Assembly (NCBI GenBank): GCA_037624485.1 | Contig: JASJJC010000015.1 | Span: forward strand, 3,326-67,325 | Source of the DNA: Chitinophagales bacterium | GTDB lineage: Bacteria > Bacteroidota > Bacteroidia > Chitinophagales > UBA8649 | Direction of reading: 5' to 3' | Length of the DNA: 64,000 bases | In this document: piece after piece, positions 9,253 to 18,987 of the stretch | Layout: every line of letters begins with the position of its first letter | How positions within the stretch are numbered: position 1 is the first letter of the stretch | Translations under genes and position numbers: made by a program | Notes under the pieces: model-generated | The model's database searches: none | The model's input: the letters and a program-made list of their open reading frames with translations, nothing else | Told to the model about the DNA's origin: nothing

Positions 9253-9687
9253 TTATCGATGATGATGACAACGTCCACTTGAATCTGTTGTTCTATTTTT
9301 ACATCTAAGCCCTTTTAGTGTGGTCCCTGAACATTGTTTAGAAATGCTTTTTTTTGTTGTTTTTCCTTGGCAACAATCTACTCCCACTTTTTTATTATGA
9401 ACTTTACAATAACAGCTATTGGATTTACTTCTATTGCAGGTCATGCAGAGCAGCTGAATGTTTGATACAGTGCTATTTCCGCCACAAGAAAATGGTGATA
9501 TGTGATCGTATTCTAGGTTTGAATAGCTGCTACAACATTGGCATTTACCGGCATCCCTAGCGTATACAATCTTTTTTGTTGTTTCTGAAATATAACGACT
9601 TTGTCCAAAGCTTGTAGCACTCAATAAAATTAGAGCGAGAATTAAACAAACTTTAATCTTTTTAGTACAGAGGCTTAAAATTTTCAA
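9253..9687 (-). CDS. HNH endonuclease-domain protein with an N-terminal signal peptide and a Cys-rich basic C-terminal tail
   Basis: HNH core CQCCSSYSNLEYDHISPFSCGGNSTVSNIQLLCMTCNRSKSN. No in-frame ATG lies upstream of the domain. TTG at 9687 gives MKILSLCTKKIKVCLILALILLSATSFGQS, which is signal-peptide-like. The ORF-track start (TTG at 9717) would overlap the upstream gene by 19 nt. The tail CYCKVHNKK..DCCQGK..QCSGTTLKGLRCKNRTTDSSGRCHHHR has 8 Cys. Confidence 0.7.
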   Translation of the reverse strand: MKILSLCTKKIKVCLILALILLSATSFGQSRYISETTKKIVYARDAGKCQCCSSYSNLEYDHISPFSCGGNSTVSNIQLLCMTCNRSKSNSCYCKVHNKKVGVDCCQGKTTKKSISKQCSGTTLKGLRCKNRTTDSSGRCHHHR

Positions 9688-9698
9688 AATCTTGTCAT

Positions 9699-10823
9699 TT
9701 ACCAGCACGCTTGCCAAGTTGACCCATCATAGACCATTAATTTATGCGTTGTAGAATCCATATAAATATCGCCTTCCGCAGGAGAGCTAGGTGAAGATGC
9801 TCTTGGCTCAAGACGCATGACGTCTTTTACGTGTAAATTCCTTTGTGCACTCATTATTCCGATACCGACTCTAACGACATCTGTTGAATGAGGCGCAATT
9901 CTAACAAGGTTGTTAAAACTAGTGACATCGCCCAATACTGTGGATTCTCTGAAGAAATATCCGTTACTGGCGTTACCTGTGTATGGTCCACAGTAAAACT
10001 TTAGTGTTCCGTATGGGGCAATATTTGAAACAATTCCCTGAGTAGACCCAAGCCCTGTAAAAGATAAAAATCCATTATCTATATGCAGTTTTGACTGAGG
10101 AGTTGCAGTTCCTATACCCACATTTCCCAATGTATCTATTGTCAATGCGTTAGATAGAATATTTGAGCCCCCTGCTTCAGAATAATCAGTCCATAATCCA
10201 AATTTCAGCTTGTTTCCATCACTTTGATCACCATGCATACGCCATACTCCTTTAGGATTCTTTAACCATAACTCGGCATCTGTGGTAGTGCCTGAAGTCT
10301 CTATTACCTGAGAAGAAAAAACATCATCGCTAAGGACTAATTCAACTCCTGGATAAGAGCTAGCCGTTCCAATTCCTACCTGGTTTAAAGTATGCGTTGT
10401 GTCATCAATAGTTTGCCATCCAGACGAGTTCTTCGCAAACAAGGCATAAGGCACGCTTAGTAATTGGCTTGTACCCGTAATAGTATAAGATGTTCCTCCA
10501 GTTGGGTCAGTTTCTGTTTTTATAAAGTAGGGACCACTGCTCCAATCTATAGCGTTAAAAGTACCTGCTACATTTGAACCCGCACCTATTTCTAGGCTTA
10601 CTAAACCATTAATATTTGTAGTTGGTGCATGAGTTTCTACATAAACTGCTGTGCCATTAATGGAATCCTGTAAGATGCTTATTTGCATGCCAATGGTCGC
10701 GGTCGCTACAAGATTGTCTCCGGCGTCTCGGACAACAGCTTGATAACTCATCATTTCTGGTGATTGAGCCAATGCGACTAAGGATAGTATACTGACAATA
10801 ATTAAGGAGGAGATTTTTTTCAT
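9699..10823 (-). CDS. Secreted fibre-like protein of unknown function
   Basis: Signal peptide (ALAQS). The N-terminal block MSYQAVVRDAGDNLV...ISILQDSINGTAVYVETH..TNINGLVSLEIGAG...IDWSSGPYFIKTE.DPTGGTSY...SQLLSVPYALFA recurs, as I recall it, in Bacteroidota surface or tail-fibre-like proteins. The sequence is Gly/Thr/Ser-rich and ends ...GDIYMDSTTHKLMVYDGSTWQACW. Confidence 0.6.
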   Translation of the reverse strand: MKKISSLIIVSILSLVALAQSPEMMSYQAVVRDAGDNLVATATIGMQISILQDSINGTAVYVETHAPTTNINGLVSLEIGAGSNVAGTFNAIDWSSGPYFIKTETDPTGGTSYTITGTSQLLSVPYALFAKNSSGWQTIDDTTHTLNQVGIGTASSYPGVELVLSDDVFSSQVIETSGTTTDAELWLKNPKGVWRMHGDQSDGNKLKFGLWTDYSEAGGSNILSNALTIDTLGNVGIGTATPQSKLHIDNGFLSFTGLGSTQGIVSNIAPYGTLKFYCGPYTGNASNGYFFRESTVLGDVTSFNNLVRIAPHSTDVVRVGIGIMSAQRNLHVKDVMRLEPRASSPSSPAEGDIYMDSTTHKLMVYDGSTWQACW

Positions 10824-10827
10824 GATA

Positions 10828-11298
10828 TTATTTTTTAATTATTTTAAAGGTTTTGATGATCAAATTATTTTCTTGTACACTTAGCAGGTAAGTGCTCTCG
10901 GGGTAATCTAGCATGTCAATAGTGGTCTTGGTGTCTGACAAACACTCTTTAAACATTAATTTTCCATTTACATCATACAGCTGACAAGTCAACTTTTCGC
11001 TGGTATAATCGCTTACATCAAGAATAAGAAAATTATTGGTTGGATTGGGGAAGGCGTTGATTGTCAGTTTGATTGCGGTTTCTTTAATGCCTACAGTAAC
11101 AGAGATTTCGTAAGCTTGTTGAACACCTTGAGCTACAGAGCCATTGCTTCCTGTCTGCGTAGTATAAACTATTTGTCCAATGGAATAACTGCTTGACCCA
11201 CCGGTTCCTAAGGCATCACCTCCGGATGAAACTGCCGCTTCTTGAGCTTGCAATCCAATTGTGATAAATAGTAAAATAGCAGTTATAAATATTTTCAT
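10828..11298 (-). CDS. Small secreted protein with a T9SS C-terminal sorting domain
   Basis: Signal peptide (GLQAQE). Motif GGSSSYSIGQIVYT...AQGVQQAYEI. C-terminal AFPNPTNNFLILDV...CQLYDVNGKLM...TYLLSVQEN..IKTFKIIKK. Confidence 0.7.
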   Translation of the reverse strand: MKIFITAILLFITIGLQAQEAAVSSGGDALGTGGSSSYSIGQIVYTTQTGSNGSVAQGVQQAYEISVTVGIKETAIKLTINAFPNPTNNFLILDVSDYTSEKLTCQLYDVNGKLMFKECLSDTKTTIDMLDYPESTYLLSVQENNLIIKTFKIIKK

Positions 11299-11484
11299 AT
11301 ATAAAAAGTTTTAAAATCTAATATACTAACTCTTGATTTCTTTTAAAAGCATTTGTTCGGGTATTTAGGTCAGTTAAGGCAGCTTCATCTTAAACTATAC
11401 AAAAATAAAGGTTTTCATAGTGTATTAGGTGTCGACAAATCAACTCCGCTCATTTTCTTATCTTTACTGGCAATTTACCTTGAC

Positions 11485-14400
11485 ATGCTTTATCGCCTTT
11501 TTACATTCACTTTTTTTTGCTGGTCCCTCTTGTCTTTTGGGCAATACGCATATATTGAGAATCCTGAACTTTTCCAAGAAAATACCTTAGATGCGCATGC
11601 CTCATTTACCTTTGATACCCAAGAAGAAGGCCGTCAAATCACTCAAAATCCAAACTACCTTATCCTAAATGGAGATTGGTTGTTTCATCATAGCATGGTG
11701 CCAGAAGAGCGCCCGGTAGACTTTTATCAAACAACTTACAATACAGAAGATTGGGCGACTATACCTGTGCCAGGCGACTGGCAAATGTATGATTATGATT
11801 ATCCCATTTACACCAATTGGAAGTATCCATTCAAGCCGAATAAGCCGAATGTCCCGCGTGATTTTAATCCAGTGGGTTCATATAAGAAAAACTTTAATCT
11901 GCCTACAGATTGGGATACGGGAGTCGATGAAATTATACTGCATTTCGGCGGGGTTAATTCTTGTTTCTTTGTGTGGCTTAATGGGCAGTATTTAGGGTAT
12001 AGCGAAGACAGTAAATTGCCTAGTGAGTTTTCGGCCTCTTCCTACTTGCAAAATGGGCAAAACCAAATCGCTGTTGAAGTCTATAAATATTGCGATGGCA
12101 CTTATCTCGAAGATCAGGATATGTGGCGCCTGAGCGGTATAGAAAGGGATGTATATCTTTATAAGCAACCCGAAGTAAGTATTGAAGATTTAACTATTCA
12201 AGCGTCCCTAGATGAGTCCTATTCACTAGGCAACTTGAGTGTAGAAATACACACGGCTTTTCCTAATTACAGTAAATCAACATTCAGTGTAGAGTGCCAG
12301 CTGATTGCCCAAGATAGCTCGGTTTTATGGCAGCGCTATTTTATGCAAGCAAACGGCTTGAATACTTGGGCAAAAAAAAGTTTAAAAGGACAAATATCGG
12401 ATGTTCAACAATGGTCGGCGCAGCATCCAAATCTTTATACTCTAGTGGTTTGCATAAGAAATGAGCAAAATGATTTGCTGCAAAAAGTGGTACAAAAAGT
12501 AGGCTTTAGAAGTTTAGAAATTAAAGACGGCATCTTTTACATCAATGGCGATACTGCCCTAATAAAGGGCGTAAATAGGCACGAACACGACCCGAATTGG
12601 GGGCATGCAGTAGCTTACACCGGAAATGCTTTCAACGAAGATAGCTTGCGCACCGATTTGGAACTCATCAAATCACTCAATTTTAATGCCGTAAGAACTG
12701 CACATTACCCTAATCATCCAATTTTCTATGATTTGTGCGATGAAATTGGCCTTTATGTTTGCGATGAAGCTAATGTAGAGGGACATTATTACATGATGTT
12801 TGCTCCTTTTGACAATCTTGCTATCGATCCAGATTATCGGGAGGCTATATTGAGTCGGATTTATAACATGTATCAGCGAGATAAGAATCACCCCTCTATC
12901 ATCATGTGGAGTGTGGGTAATGAGAATGGAACAGGAAAAACCATGGTTGAAGCCTATAAAATGTTGAAGGAATTGGATCATGATCGACCGGTGTTTAATG
13001 AGCGTCATTTTTTCATGAATACTATCAAGGAAAAGCACTCTGATTTTAATGGACATATGTACGCACCTATTGATAAGGTTGAAAAGATTATAAAGAAGGA
13101 TAAAGACAAACCATTCATTTGGATTGAATACGCTCATGCGATGGGGAATAGTACAGGGAATTTTAATGACTTGTGGGATTTTGTTCGCAGCGAGCCTCAG
13201 GTGCAAGGAGGCTTCATATGGGATTGGCGAGATCAAGGCATCTGGAAGACGAATGAGAATGGGCAGCGTTTTTTGGCCTACGGAGGGCATTTTGAACCTG
13301 AAGATCATCCCTATGTTGGAGGCTTGCAAGGTGATGGTAATTTTTGTGCCAATGGGGTGATTAGCGCCGATGGAAAGTTGCACCCTGGGGCAGATGCCAT
13401 AAAACATGCCCAAAGCAATGTGCAAATTGAGATGGTTAATGACACGACCTTCCGATTTACCAATGATTTTGAAGCATATAATTTAAGTGAGTTTGACTGT
13501 TGGGTCAATTGGCGAACAACGGATGGTCAAGGTCATGTAGGTAGGTACAATGCCTTAACTTGTGCGCCAAATTCAGATACGCTAATCCAATATAAATCGC
13601 CAGGAGATGTTGCCTTTATTAGTTTTTCACTGTTCAAGAATGAAAATGAATATGTAAAGAATTTCTTTTTGAAAGATTTTAATCAACGACAGGTGAACTT
13701 AGGTAAAGAATTGACTCAATTTAAAGCTAGAAAAGTGGGTGAGCTCAATGTAGTTGGCAATGATAAGGTCGAGTTCGTGATAAGCGAAAAAGGTACATTA
13801 CATGATTTAAGTGTCGATGATGTTTTGAAATTTGTAGATGGACCTCGGGTGAATTTTTGGAGAGCATTGACGGATAATGATTACGGGAACAAAGCCAATA
13901 AAAGATTGGCGTATTGGCGTTCAGCTGAGCATTTGAGTGAGTTGATTGACTTAAGCCATGGTCAGGCAGATAATTACTATGCTGTTGTTGCGGTCTACGA
14001 ATTGCCCGAGAAAAAAGGAACTTATCGTTTGGGTTATAAAATCTATTCGGATGGATTGATGGAAGTAAATTTGGATTTCGACTTAAAGTGGAGCGAAGAA
14101 ATCCCTCGCATAGGTTCATATATGCTATTGCCAGCTGACTATGATTTAATACACTATGTAGGGATGGGGCCAAATGAGAATTACATAGACCGACAAGATG
14201 GACAACGATTGGATGAGTTTTATTTGGGTTTGAATCGAGACCCTGATTATCCCAATCTTCAAATACAGGAAATGCCTTATATCCGCCCTCAAGAATATGG
14301 CAATAGAACCAAGACTTTTTTGATAAACTTATACGCCCCGAATGATTCATTAAGAATTATATGTAATGATTTGAGTTTTAGTGCATGGCCTCACGATCAG

Positions 14401-14595
14401 GCAGATATTGATGCAGGAGCGGAGAAACAAGGAAAAATATCCTTGGATGTGCCTAAAAGAGAGCAGGTTTGGTTGAATATCGATTATGGGCAAACCGGAG
14501 TTGGTGGTGATAATTCATGGGGGAGAAAGCCTTATGATCAATATATTTTGAAAGCAGGAGAGTATTCATATAGCTTCACTTTTGATCCAAGGTAA
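11485..14595 (+). CDS. Beta-galactosidase, glycoside hydrolase family 2
   Basis: LacZ-type motifs MWSVGNE and IEYAHAMGNS, and a C-terminal small-chain domain. Start moved to the ATG at 11485 (MLYRLFTFTFFCWSLLSFGQ, a signal peptide) instead of the upstream TTG at 11353. Confidence 0.9.
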   Translation: MLYRLFTFTFFCWSLLSFGQYAYIENPELFQENTLDAHASFTFDTQEEGRQITQNPNYLILNGDWLFHHSMVPEERPVDFYQTTYNTEDWATIPVPGDWQMYDYDYPIYTNWKYPFKPNKPNVPRDFNPVGSYKKNFNLPTDWDTGVDEIILHFGGVNSCFFVWLNGQYLGYSEDSKLPSEFSASSYLQNGQNQIAVEVYKYCDGTYLEDQDMWRLSGIERDVYLYKQPEVSIEDLTIQASLDESYSLGNLSVEIHTAFPNYSKSTFSVECQLIAQDSSVLWQRYFMQANGLNTWAKKSLKGQISDVQQWSAQHPNLYTLVVCIRNEQNDLLQKVVQKVGFRSLEIKDGIFYINGDTALIKGVNRHEHDPNWGHAVAYTGNAFNEDSLRTDLELIKSLNFNAVRTAHYPNHPIFYDLCDEIGLYVCDEANVEGHYYMMFAPFDNLAIDPDYREAILSRIYNMYQRDKNHPSIIMWSVGNENGTGKTMVEAYKMLKELDHDRPVFNERHFFMNTIKEKHSDFNGHMYAPIDKVEKIIKKDKDKPFIWIEYAHAMGNSTGNFNDLWDFVRSEPQVQGGFIWDWRDQGIWKTNENGQRFLAYGGHFEPEDHPYVGGLQGDGNFCANGVISADGKLHPGADAIKHAQSNVQIEMVNDTTFRFTNDFEAYNLSEFDCWVNWRTTDGQGHVGRYNALTCAPNSDTLIQYKSPGDVAFISFSLFKNENEYVKNFFLKDFNQRQVNLGKELTQFKARKVGELNVVGNDKVEFVISEKGTLHDLSVDDVLKFVDGPRVNFWRALTDNDYGNKANKRLAYWRSAEHLSELIDLSHGQADNYYAVVAVYELPEKKGTYRLGYKIYSDGLMEVNLDFDLKWSEEIPRIGSYMLLPADYDLIHYVGMGPNENYIDRQDGQRLDEFYLGLNRDPDYPNLQIQEMPYIRPQEYGNRTKTFLINLYAPNDSLRIICNDLSFSAWPHDQADIDAGAEKQGKISLDVPKREQVWLNIDYGQTGVGGDNSWGRKPYDQYILKAGEYSYSFTFDPR

Positions 14596-14619
14596 ACTTG
14601 CTACGTTTTAAAAAAACCG

Positions 14620-14627
14620 TACCTTTG
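14620..14627 (+). promoter_or_regulatory. Bacteroidota-type -7 promoter box (TAnnTTTG)
   Basis: TACCTTTG lies 30 nt upstream of the ABC-F start at 14657. Confidence 0.45.
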
Positions 14628-14656
14628 CACACTTAAATTAAAATACTTAAAAACTT

Positions 14657-16276
14657 ATGCTTACAGCAAACAATATATCCTTACAGTTTGGTAAAAGAGT
14701 TCTATTTGACGAAGTAAACGTGACCTTTGCTTCAGGCAACTGTTATGGCGTTATAGGCGCTAATGGTGCAGGGAAATCAACTTTTTTGAAAATACTTGCA
14801 GGGGATCAAGATCCAACAAGTGGTACGGTAGATTTGGAGCCTGGAGCTCGGATGTCAGTTTTGCAGCAGGATCACTTTAAATTTGATGAGCATACAGCAC
14901 TTCAAACTGTTATCATGGGGCACACGGTTCTTTTTGGTATCATGCAAGAAAAGGATGCCTTATATGCCAAACCTGATTTCTCTGAGGAAGATGGATTGAA
15001 AGCCGGTGACTTAGAAGCTGAATTTGCAGATTTAAATGGTTGGAATGCCGAGAGTGATGCTTCAGAAATGTTAAGCAATCTAGGTATTGATAAAGCGAAG
15101 CAAGAGAGGAAAATGGCTGATTTAACATCGAATGAGAAAATTCGTGTTTTGTTAGCTCAAGCTATTTTCGGTGAACCAGATGTGTTGGTATTGGATGAGC
15201 CTACCAATGATTTGGATGCTGCTACTATTGAATTTTTAGAAAACTTTTTAGCTGATTATCAGAATACAGTAATTGTAGTATCTCACGATAGACACTTTTT
15301 AGATGCAGTATGTACGCATATTGCAGATATTGATTTTTCTAAAATTAATTTGTTCACTGGTAACTACACATTCTGGTATGAAAGCTCACAGTTGTTGTTA
15401 TCTCAACGTGCTTCTAAGAACAAAAAGGCTGATGAGAAAATTAAAGAATTGAAAGATTTTATTGCTCGATTTAGCGCGAATGCAGCGAAAAGTAAGCAAG
15501 CAACCTCAAGAAAGAAAGCTTTGGATAAAATCAACGTTGAAGATATGAAACCTTCAAGTAGGAAATATCCTGCTATTATATTCATGCAAGAACGTGAAGT
15601 AGGCAATCAAATCCTTACTTTAGATAATCTGGGTTATACGAAGGACGGAGAAGTTCTTTTTTCTGGCTTGAATCTCTCTTTAACTAAGGATGATAAATTA
15701 GGGGTGATTTCGAAGGATAGTAGGGCCGTAGATGCCTTCTATCAAATTTTAAGTGGCGAATTGCAGCCAACTTCAGGCAGTTTCGAATGGGGGGTAACTG
15801 TAAAGCATGCCTATCTGCCGAGTAATAATTCAAAGTATTTTAATGATAATAATTTAAACCTGATAGATTGGTTACGTCAATACTCTGTAAACAAGGAGGA
15901 AGCATTTGTGCGTGGATTTTTGGGTAAAATGTTGTTTTCTGGAGAAGAGAGTTTTAAAAGCGTAAAAGTATTGTCGGGAGGAGAAAAAGTGCGTTGCATG
16001 GTTTCAAGAATCATGTTACAGCAAGCCAATGTCATATTGCTTAACGAGCCAACTTCTCACCTCGATTTAGAATCAATTACTGCATTTAACAATAGCGTTA
16101 AAGATTTCCCTGGTGTAGCTTTATTGACTACTCAGGATCATTCATTCATGCAAACCTCCGTTAATCGAATTTTTGAATTCGGTCCAAGTGGTTGCATCGA
16201 CAAGCAATTTACGACCTATGATGAATATATGAAAGATAAAGGTGTTCTGGAAAGGCGAGGGGCATTGAACGGATAG
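14657..16276 (+). CDS. ABC-F family ATPase (two ABC domains, no TM domain)
   Basis: Walker A GANGAGKST, a second ABC module with the SGGEKVR signature and LLNEPTSHLD, and a Lys-rich inter-domain linker. At 539 aa it is YbiT/EttA-class in size. Confidence 0.9.
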   Translation: MLTANNISLQFGKRVLFDEVNVTFASGNCYGVIGANGAGKSTFLKILAGDQDPTSGTVDLEPGARMSVLQQDHFKFDEHTALQTVIMGHTVLFGIMQEKDALYAKPDFSEEDGLKAGDLEAEFADLNGWNAESDASEMLSNLGIDKAKQERKMADLTSNEKIRVLLAQAIFGEPDVLVLDEPTNDLDAATIEFLENFLADYQNTVIVVSHDRHFLDAVCTHIADIDFSKINLFTGNYTFWYESSQLLLSQRASKNKKADEKIKELKDFIARFSANAAKSKQATSRKKALDKINVEDMKPSSRKYPAIIFMQEREVGNQILTLDNLGYTKDGEVLFSGLNLSLTKDDKLGVISKDSRAVDAFYQILSGELQPTSGSFEWGVTVKHAYLPSNNSKYFNDNNLNLIDWLRQYSVNKEEAFVRGFLGKMLFSGEESFKSVKVLSGGEKVRCMVSRIMLQQANVILLNEPTSHLDLESITAFNNSVKDFPGVALLTTQDHSFMQTSVNRIFEFGPSGCIDKQFTTYDEYMKDKGVLERRGALNG

Positions 16277-16353
16277 GTTCGCGCGCAGTCATAGATATAA
16301 TGGCAATAATCAGTGTAGTTCTATTCCTAATATTTTTTGCTGGCTTTATGCCT

Positions 16354-17472
16354 TTAGAGTTCAAGCTTATCAGCTAGTAAATCACCTAACTTGCTTCCTA
16401 TTGCAACACCCATTCCACCTAGGCGCACGCCAGCTATAATATTGTCGCTGATGTCCTTTATGATTGGTTTCTTTTGCTTACCGAAAGCCATGATTCCTGT
16501 CCAACGCATATCTATTTCAAATGAGTGATTAGGGATAATAATTTCTTTGAGTTTATTCTCAAGATCTGCTTGAATCTTTGTATTGAGTTTTTGAATAGTC
16601 GTTTGTTCCGTGTCAAAATCAATATTTCTGCCACCACCCAAAAGAACTCTGCCGTTGATTTCTCGGAAATAATAATACCCTTGATCGAAATGGAATATTC
16701 CACGCAATTGTAAATCTTTAATGGGATGTGTAATAAGTACTTGACCACGACCAGGTTGCAGGTCTAAGTCGGGAAGTAAGGTTTTTGTAAAGGCGTTAGT
16801 GCAAATACAAACCTTACGTGCTTTTAAGTGGATACCTTCATTTTCAATCTTTACTACAACTTGATTAACTTCTTCGATTACTTGAGAAACCTTGCTATTT
16901 GTTTTGTAGGCTACCCCTTGCATCTGCGCTTTAAAAATGAGCTGCTTCATCATCTCTCCAGTATGAATACTTCCTTCTGCACGATTGTGAATAAGGGTCG
17001 AAATGGAGGAACTTAATTGATGTTTTTGGATGCCTTTCGGATTTTCTTTAAATATATTTTCGCCCAAAGCAGGGCCCAGTATTTGATTGACTTTTGGCAA
17101 TTCATTAAGCAAGTGTTCTTCGTGGGGGAAAACCAACTCATTGCTTCCAGTAGCTTCATACTGAATGCGATTTTCACCCAATCTTTTTCGCAACAATTGC
17201 AAGCCTTCATTACGCAAACGCACAATTTGAACGACCTCATCTTCGGTGTGATGTTTGAGGTCTTCAACGATTTCACTTAAACTTCCTACACAGGCAAATC
17301 CTGCATTTTTGGTACTAGCTCCCGAGGGCAATAGACCTGCTTCCAATACCAATACACTTGCCTTGGGATACTTCTCTTTGAGGCTTAGTGCAGTTGAGAA
17401 ACCTACAATACCTCCACCGACTATGATAAAATCATAAGCAATGAAACTTTCTTTTTCCCAATATGACAGCAT
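16354..17472 (-). CDS. FAD-dependent oxidoreductase (DAO family)
   Basis: N-terminal dinucleotide fold FDFIIVGGGIVGFSTALSL; length and pattern fit glycine/D-amino-acid oxidase-like enzymes. Confidence 0.8.
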   Translation of the reverse strand: MLSYWEKESFIAYDFIIVGGGIVGFSTALSLKEKYPKASVLVLEAGLLPSGASTKNAGFACVGSLSEIVEDLKHHTEDEVVQIVRLRNEGLQLLRKRLGENRIQYEATGSNELVFPHEEHLLNELPKVNQILGPALGENIFKENPKGIQKHQLSSSISTLIHNRAEGSIHTGEMMKQLIFKAQMQGVAYKTNSKVSQVIEEVNQVVVKIENEGIHLKARKVCICTNAFTKTLLPDLDLQPGRGQVLITHPIKDLQLRGIFHFDQGYYYFREINGRVLLGGGRNIDFDTEQTTIQKLNTKIQADLENKLKEIIIPNHSFEIDMRWTGIMAFGKQKKPIIKDISDNIIAGVRLGGMGVAIGSKLGDLLADKLEL

Positions 17473-17518
17473 TATGGCTTATCGATTTGCATGTTGACTG
17501 TTACTAGTTTTCCTGAAC

Positions 17519-18850
17519 TTATTTCCCCATTCCGAAGCCTTTCATCATTTTTCCGGCAGCACCAGATTTTTGCATCTTCTTCATCATTTTACGCATCTCT
17601 TCGAACTGTTTTAGAAATTGATTGACTTCTTGTATCGAATTCCCACTTCCGTCAGCTAATCGTTTTCTTCGGTTGCCATTCATTAGCTCAGGCTGCGCTC
17701 TTTCGGCAGGAGTCATACTATGAATGATAGCCTCTACTTTATTGAAGGCGTCATCGCTAATGTCAATATCCTTCATAGCTTTTCCCATTCCAGGAATCAT
17801 ACCTAGGAGGTCTTTGATATTCCCCATTTTTTTGATTTGATTCAGCTGCTGCAGAAAGTCATTAAAATCGAACTCATTTTTAGCAATTTTTCTTTCAAGT
17901 TCTTTGGATTTCTTTTCATCAAATTGATGTTGCGCTCTTTCTACAAAAGAGATAATATCTCCCATGCCGAGTATACGCTGAGCCATTCGGTCTGGGTGGA
18001 AAACATCTAGAGTATCAACTTTTTCACCCGTAGATACGAACTTGATAGGCTTATTAACCGTGTATTTAATTGTTAATGCAGCTCCACCACGAGTATCTCC
18101 ATCCAGTTTGGTTAAAACAACACCGTCAAAATCGATTTTTTTATTGAAGGCTTCTGCTGTATTTACTGCATCTTGTCCAGTCATAGCATCTACAACAAAC
18201 AAAGTTTCATCTGGATTGACAGCTAATTTAACAGCTGCAATTTCGTCCATCATTTGTTCATCTACAGCTAATCGACCAGCCGTATCGACAATAACTACAT
18301 CGTAATTGTTTGCTTTTGCATATTCTATTGCATTTTTTGCAATTTCGACAGGTTGCTTATTTTCTTCTTCCGCGTATACAGGAATGCCAATTGATTCGCC
18401 TAGTGTTTTTAACTGATCAATAGCCGCTGGACGATAAACATCCCCTGCTACCATCATAGGCCTCTTCTTTTGTTTATCCTTTAGGTAATGAGCTAATTTG
18501 TGCGTGAAAGTAGTTTTACCACTTCCTTGAAGACCTGCAATTAAGATTACTGCAGGAGAGGAGTCAAGTGAGAATTCTGCTGCTTCACCACCCATAAGTT
18601 CCGTTAGCTGATCCTTTACGATTTTGGTCATCAATTGACCAGGAGAAACAGCTGTTAAGACGTTTTGACCTAAGGCCTCTTCTTTGACTTTGTCCGTAAA
18701 CTCTTTCGCAATTTTATAATTTACATCTGCATCAACTAAGGCTCTGCGTATTTCTTTAATCGTAGTTGCGACGTTTAGCTCTGTAATCGCACCTTGACCC
18801 TTTAGGCTTTTAAATGCACCTTCTAATTTTTCTTGTAAATTTTGAAACAT
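17519..18850 (-). CDS. ffh: Signal recognition particle protein Ffh
   Basis: GLQGSGKTT, VDTAGRL, TKLDGDTRGGAAL and a Met-rich C-terminal M domain. Start set at the ATG at 18850 (MFQNLQEKL), three codons inside the TTG at 18859. Confidence 0.95.
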   Translation of the reverse strand: MFQNLQEKLEGAFKSLKGQGAITELNVATTIKEIRRALVDADVNYKIAKEFTDKVKEEALGQNVLTAVSPGQLMTKIVKDQLTELMGGEAAEFSLDSSPAVILIAGLQGSGKTTFTHKLAHYLKDKQKKRPMMVAGDVYRPAAIDQLKTLGESIGIPVYAEEENKQPVEIAKNAIEYAKANNYDVVIVDTAGRLAVDEQMMDEIAAVKLAVNPDETLFVVDAMTGQDAVNTAEAFNKKIDFDGVVLTKLDGDTRGGAALTIKYTVNKPIKFVSTGEKVDTLDVFHPDRMAQRILGMGDIISFVERAQHQFDEKKSKELERKIAKNEFDFNDFLQQLNQIKKMGNIKDLLGMIPGMGKAMKDIDISDDAFNKVEAIIHSMTPAERAQPELMNGNRRKRLADGSGNSIQEVNQFLKQFEEMRKMMKKMQKSGAAGKMMKGFGMGK

Positions 18851-18987
18851 ATTATTCAAGATTTAGGATGATAAACAAAATATCTTATCATCTGAATTAT
18901 TGTTATTTTAATTAGTTCTTCCTTCTCGTATTTTAGTCCATTTGTATATAGTCTTCAAGCTATTTCCTAACGGCCAATATATTCGTA

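Noticed and set aside
12673-13425. 250-aa minus-strand ORF inside the GH2 gene. Related small ORFs: 13745-14350, 13311-13508, 11789-11995 and 13124-13360.
   Set aside because: These ORFs are embedded in a strongly conserved beta-galactosidase frame (WSVGNE and EYAHAMGNS fall here). Their translations are His/Ile/Ser-rich nonsense typical of shadow ORFs.
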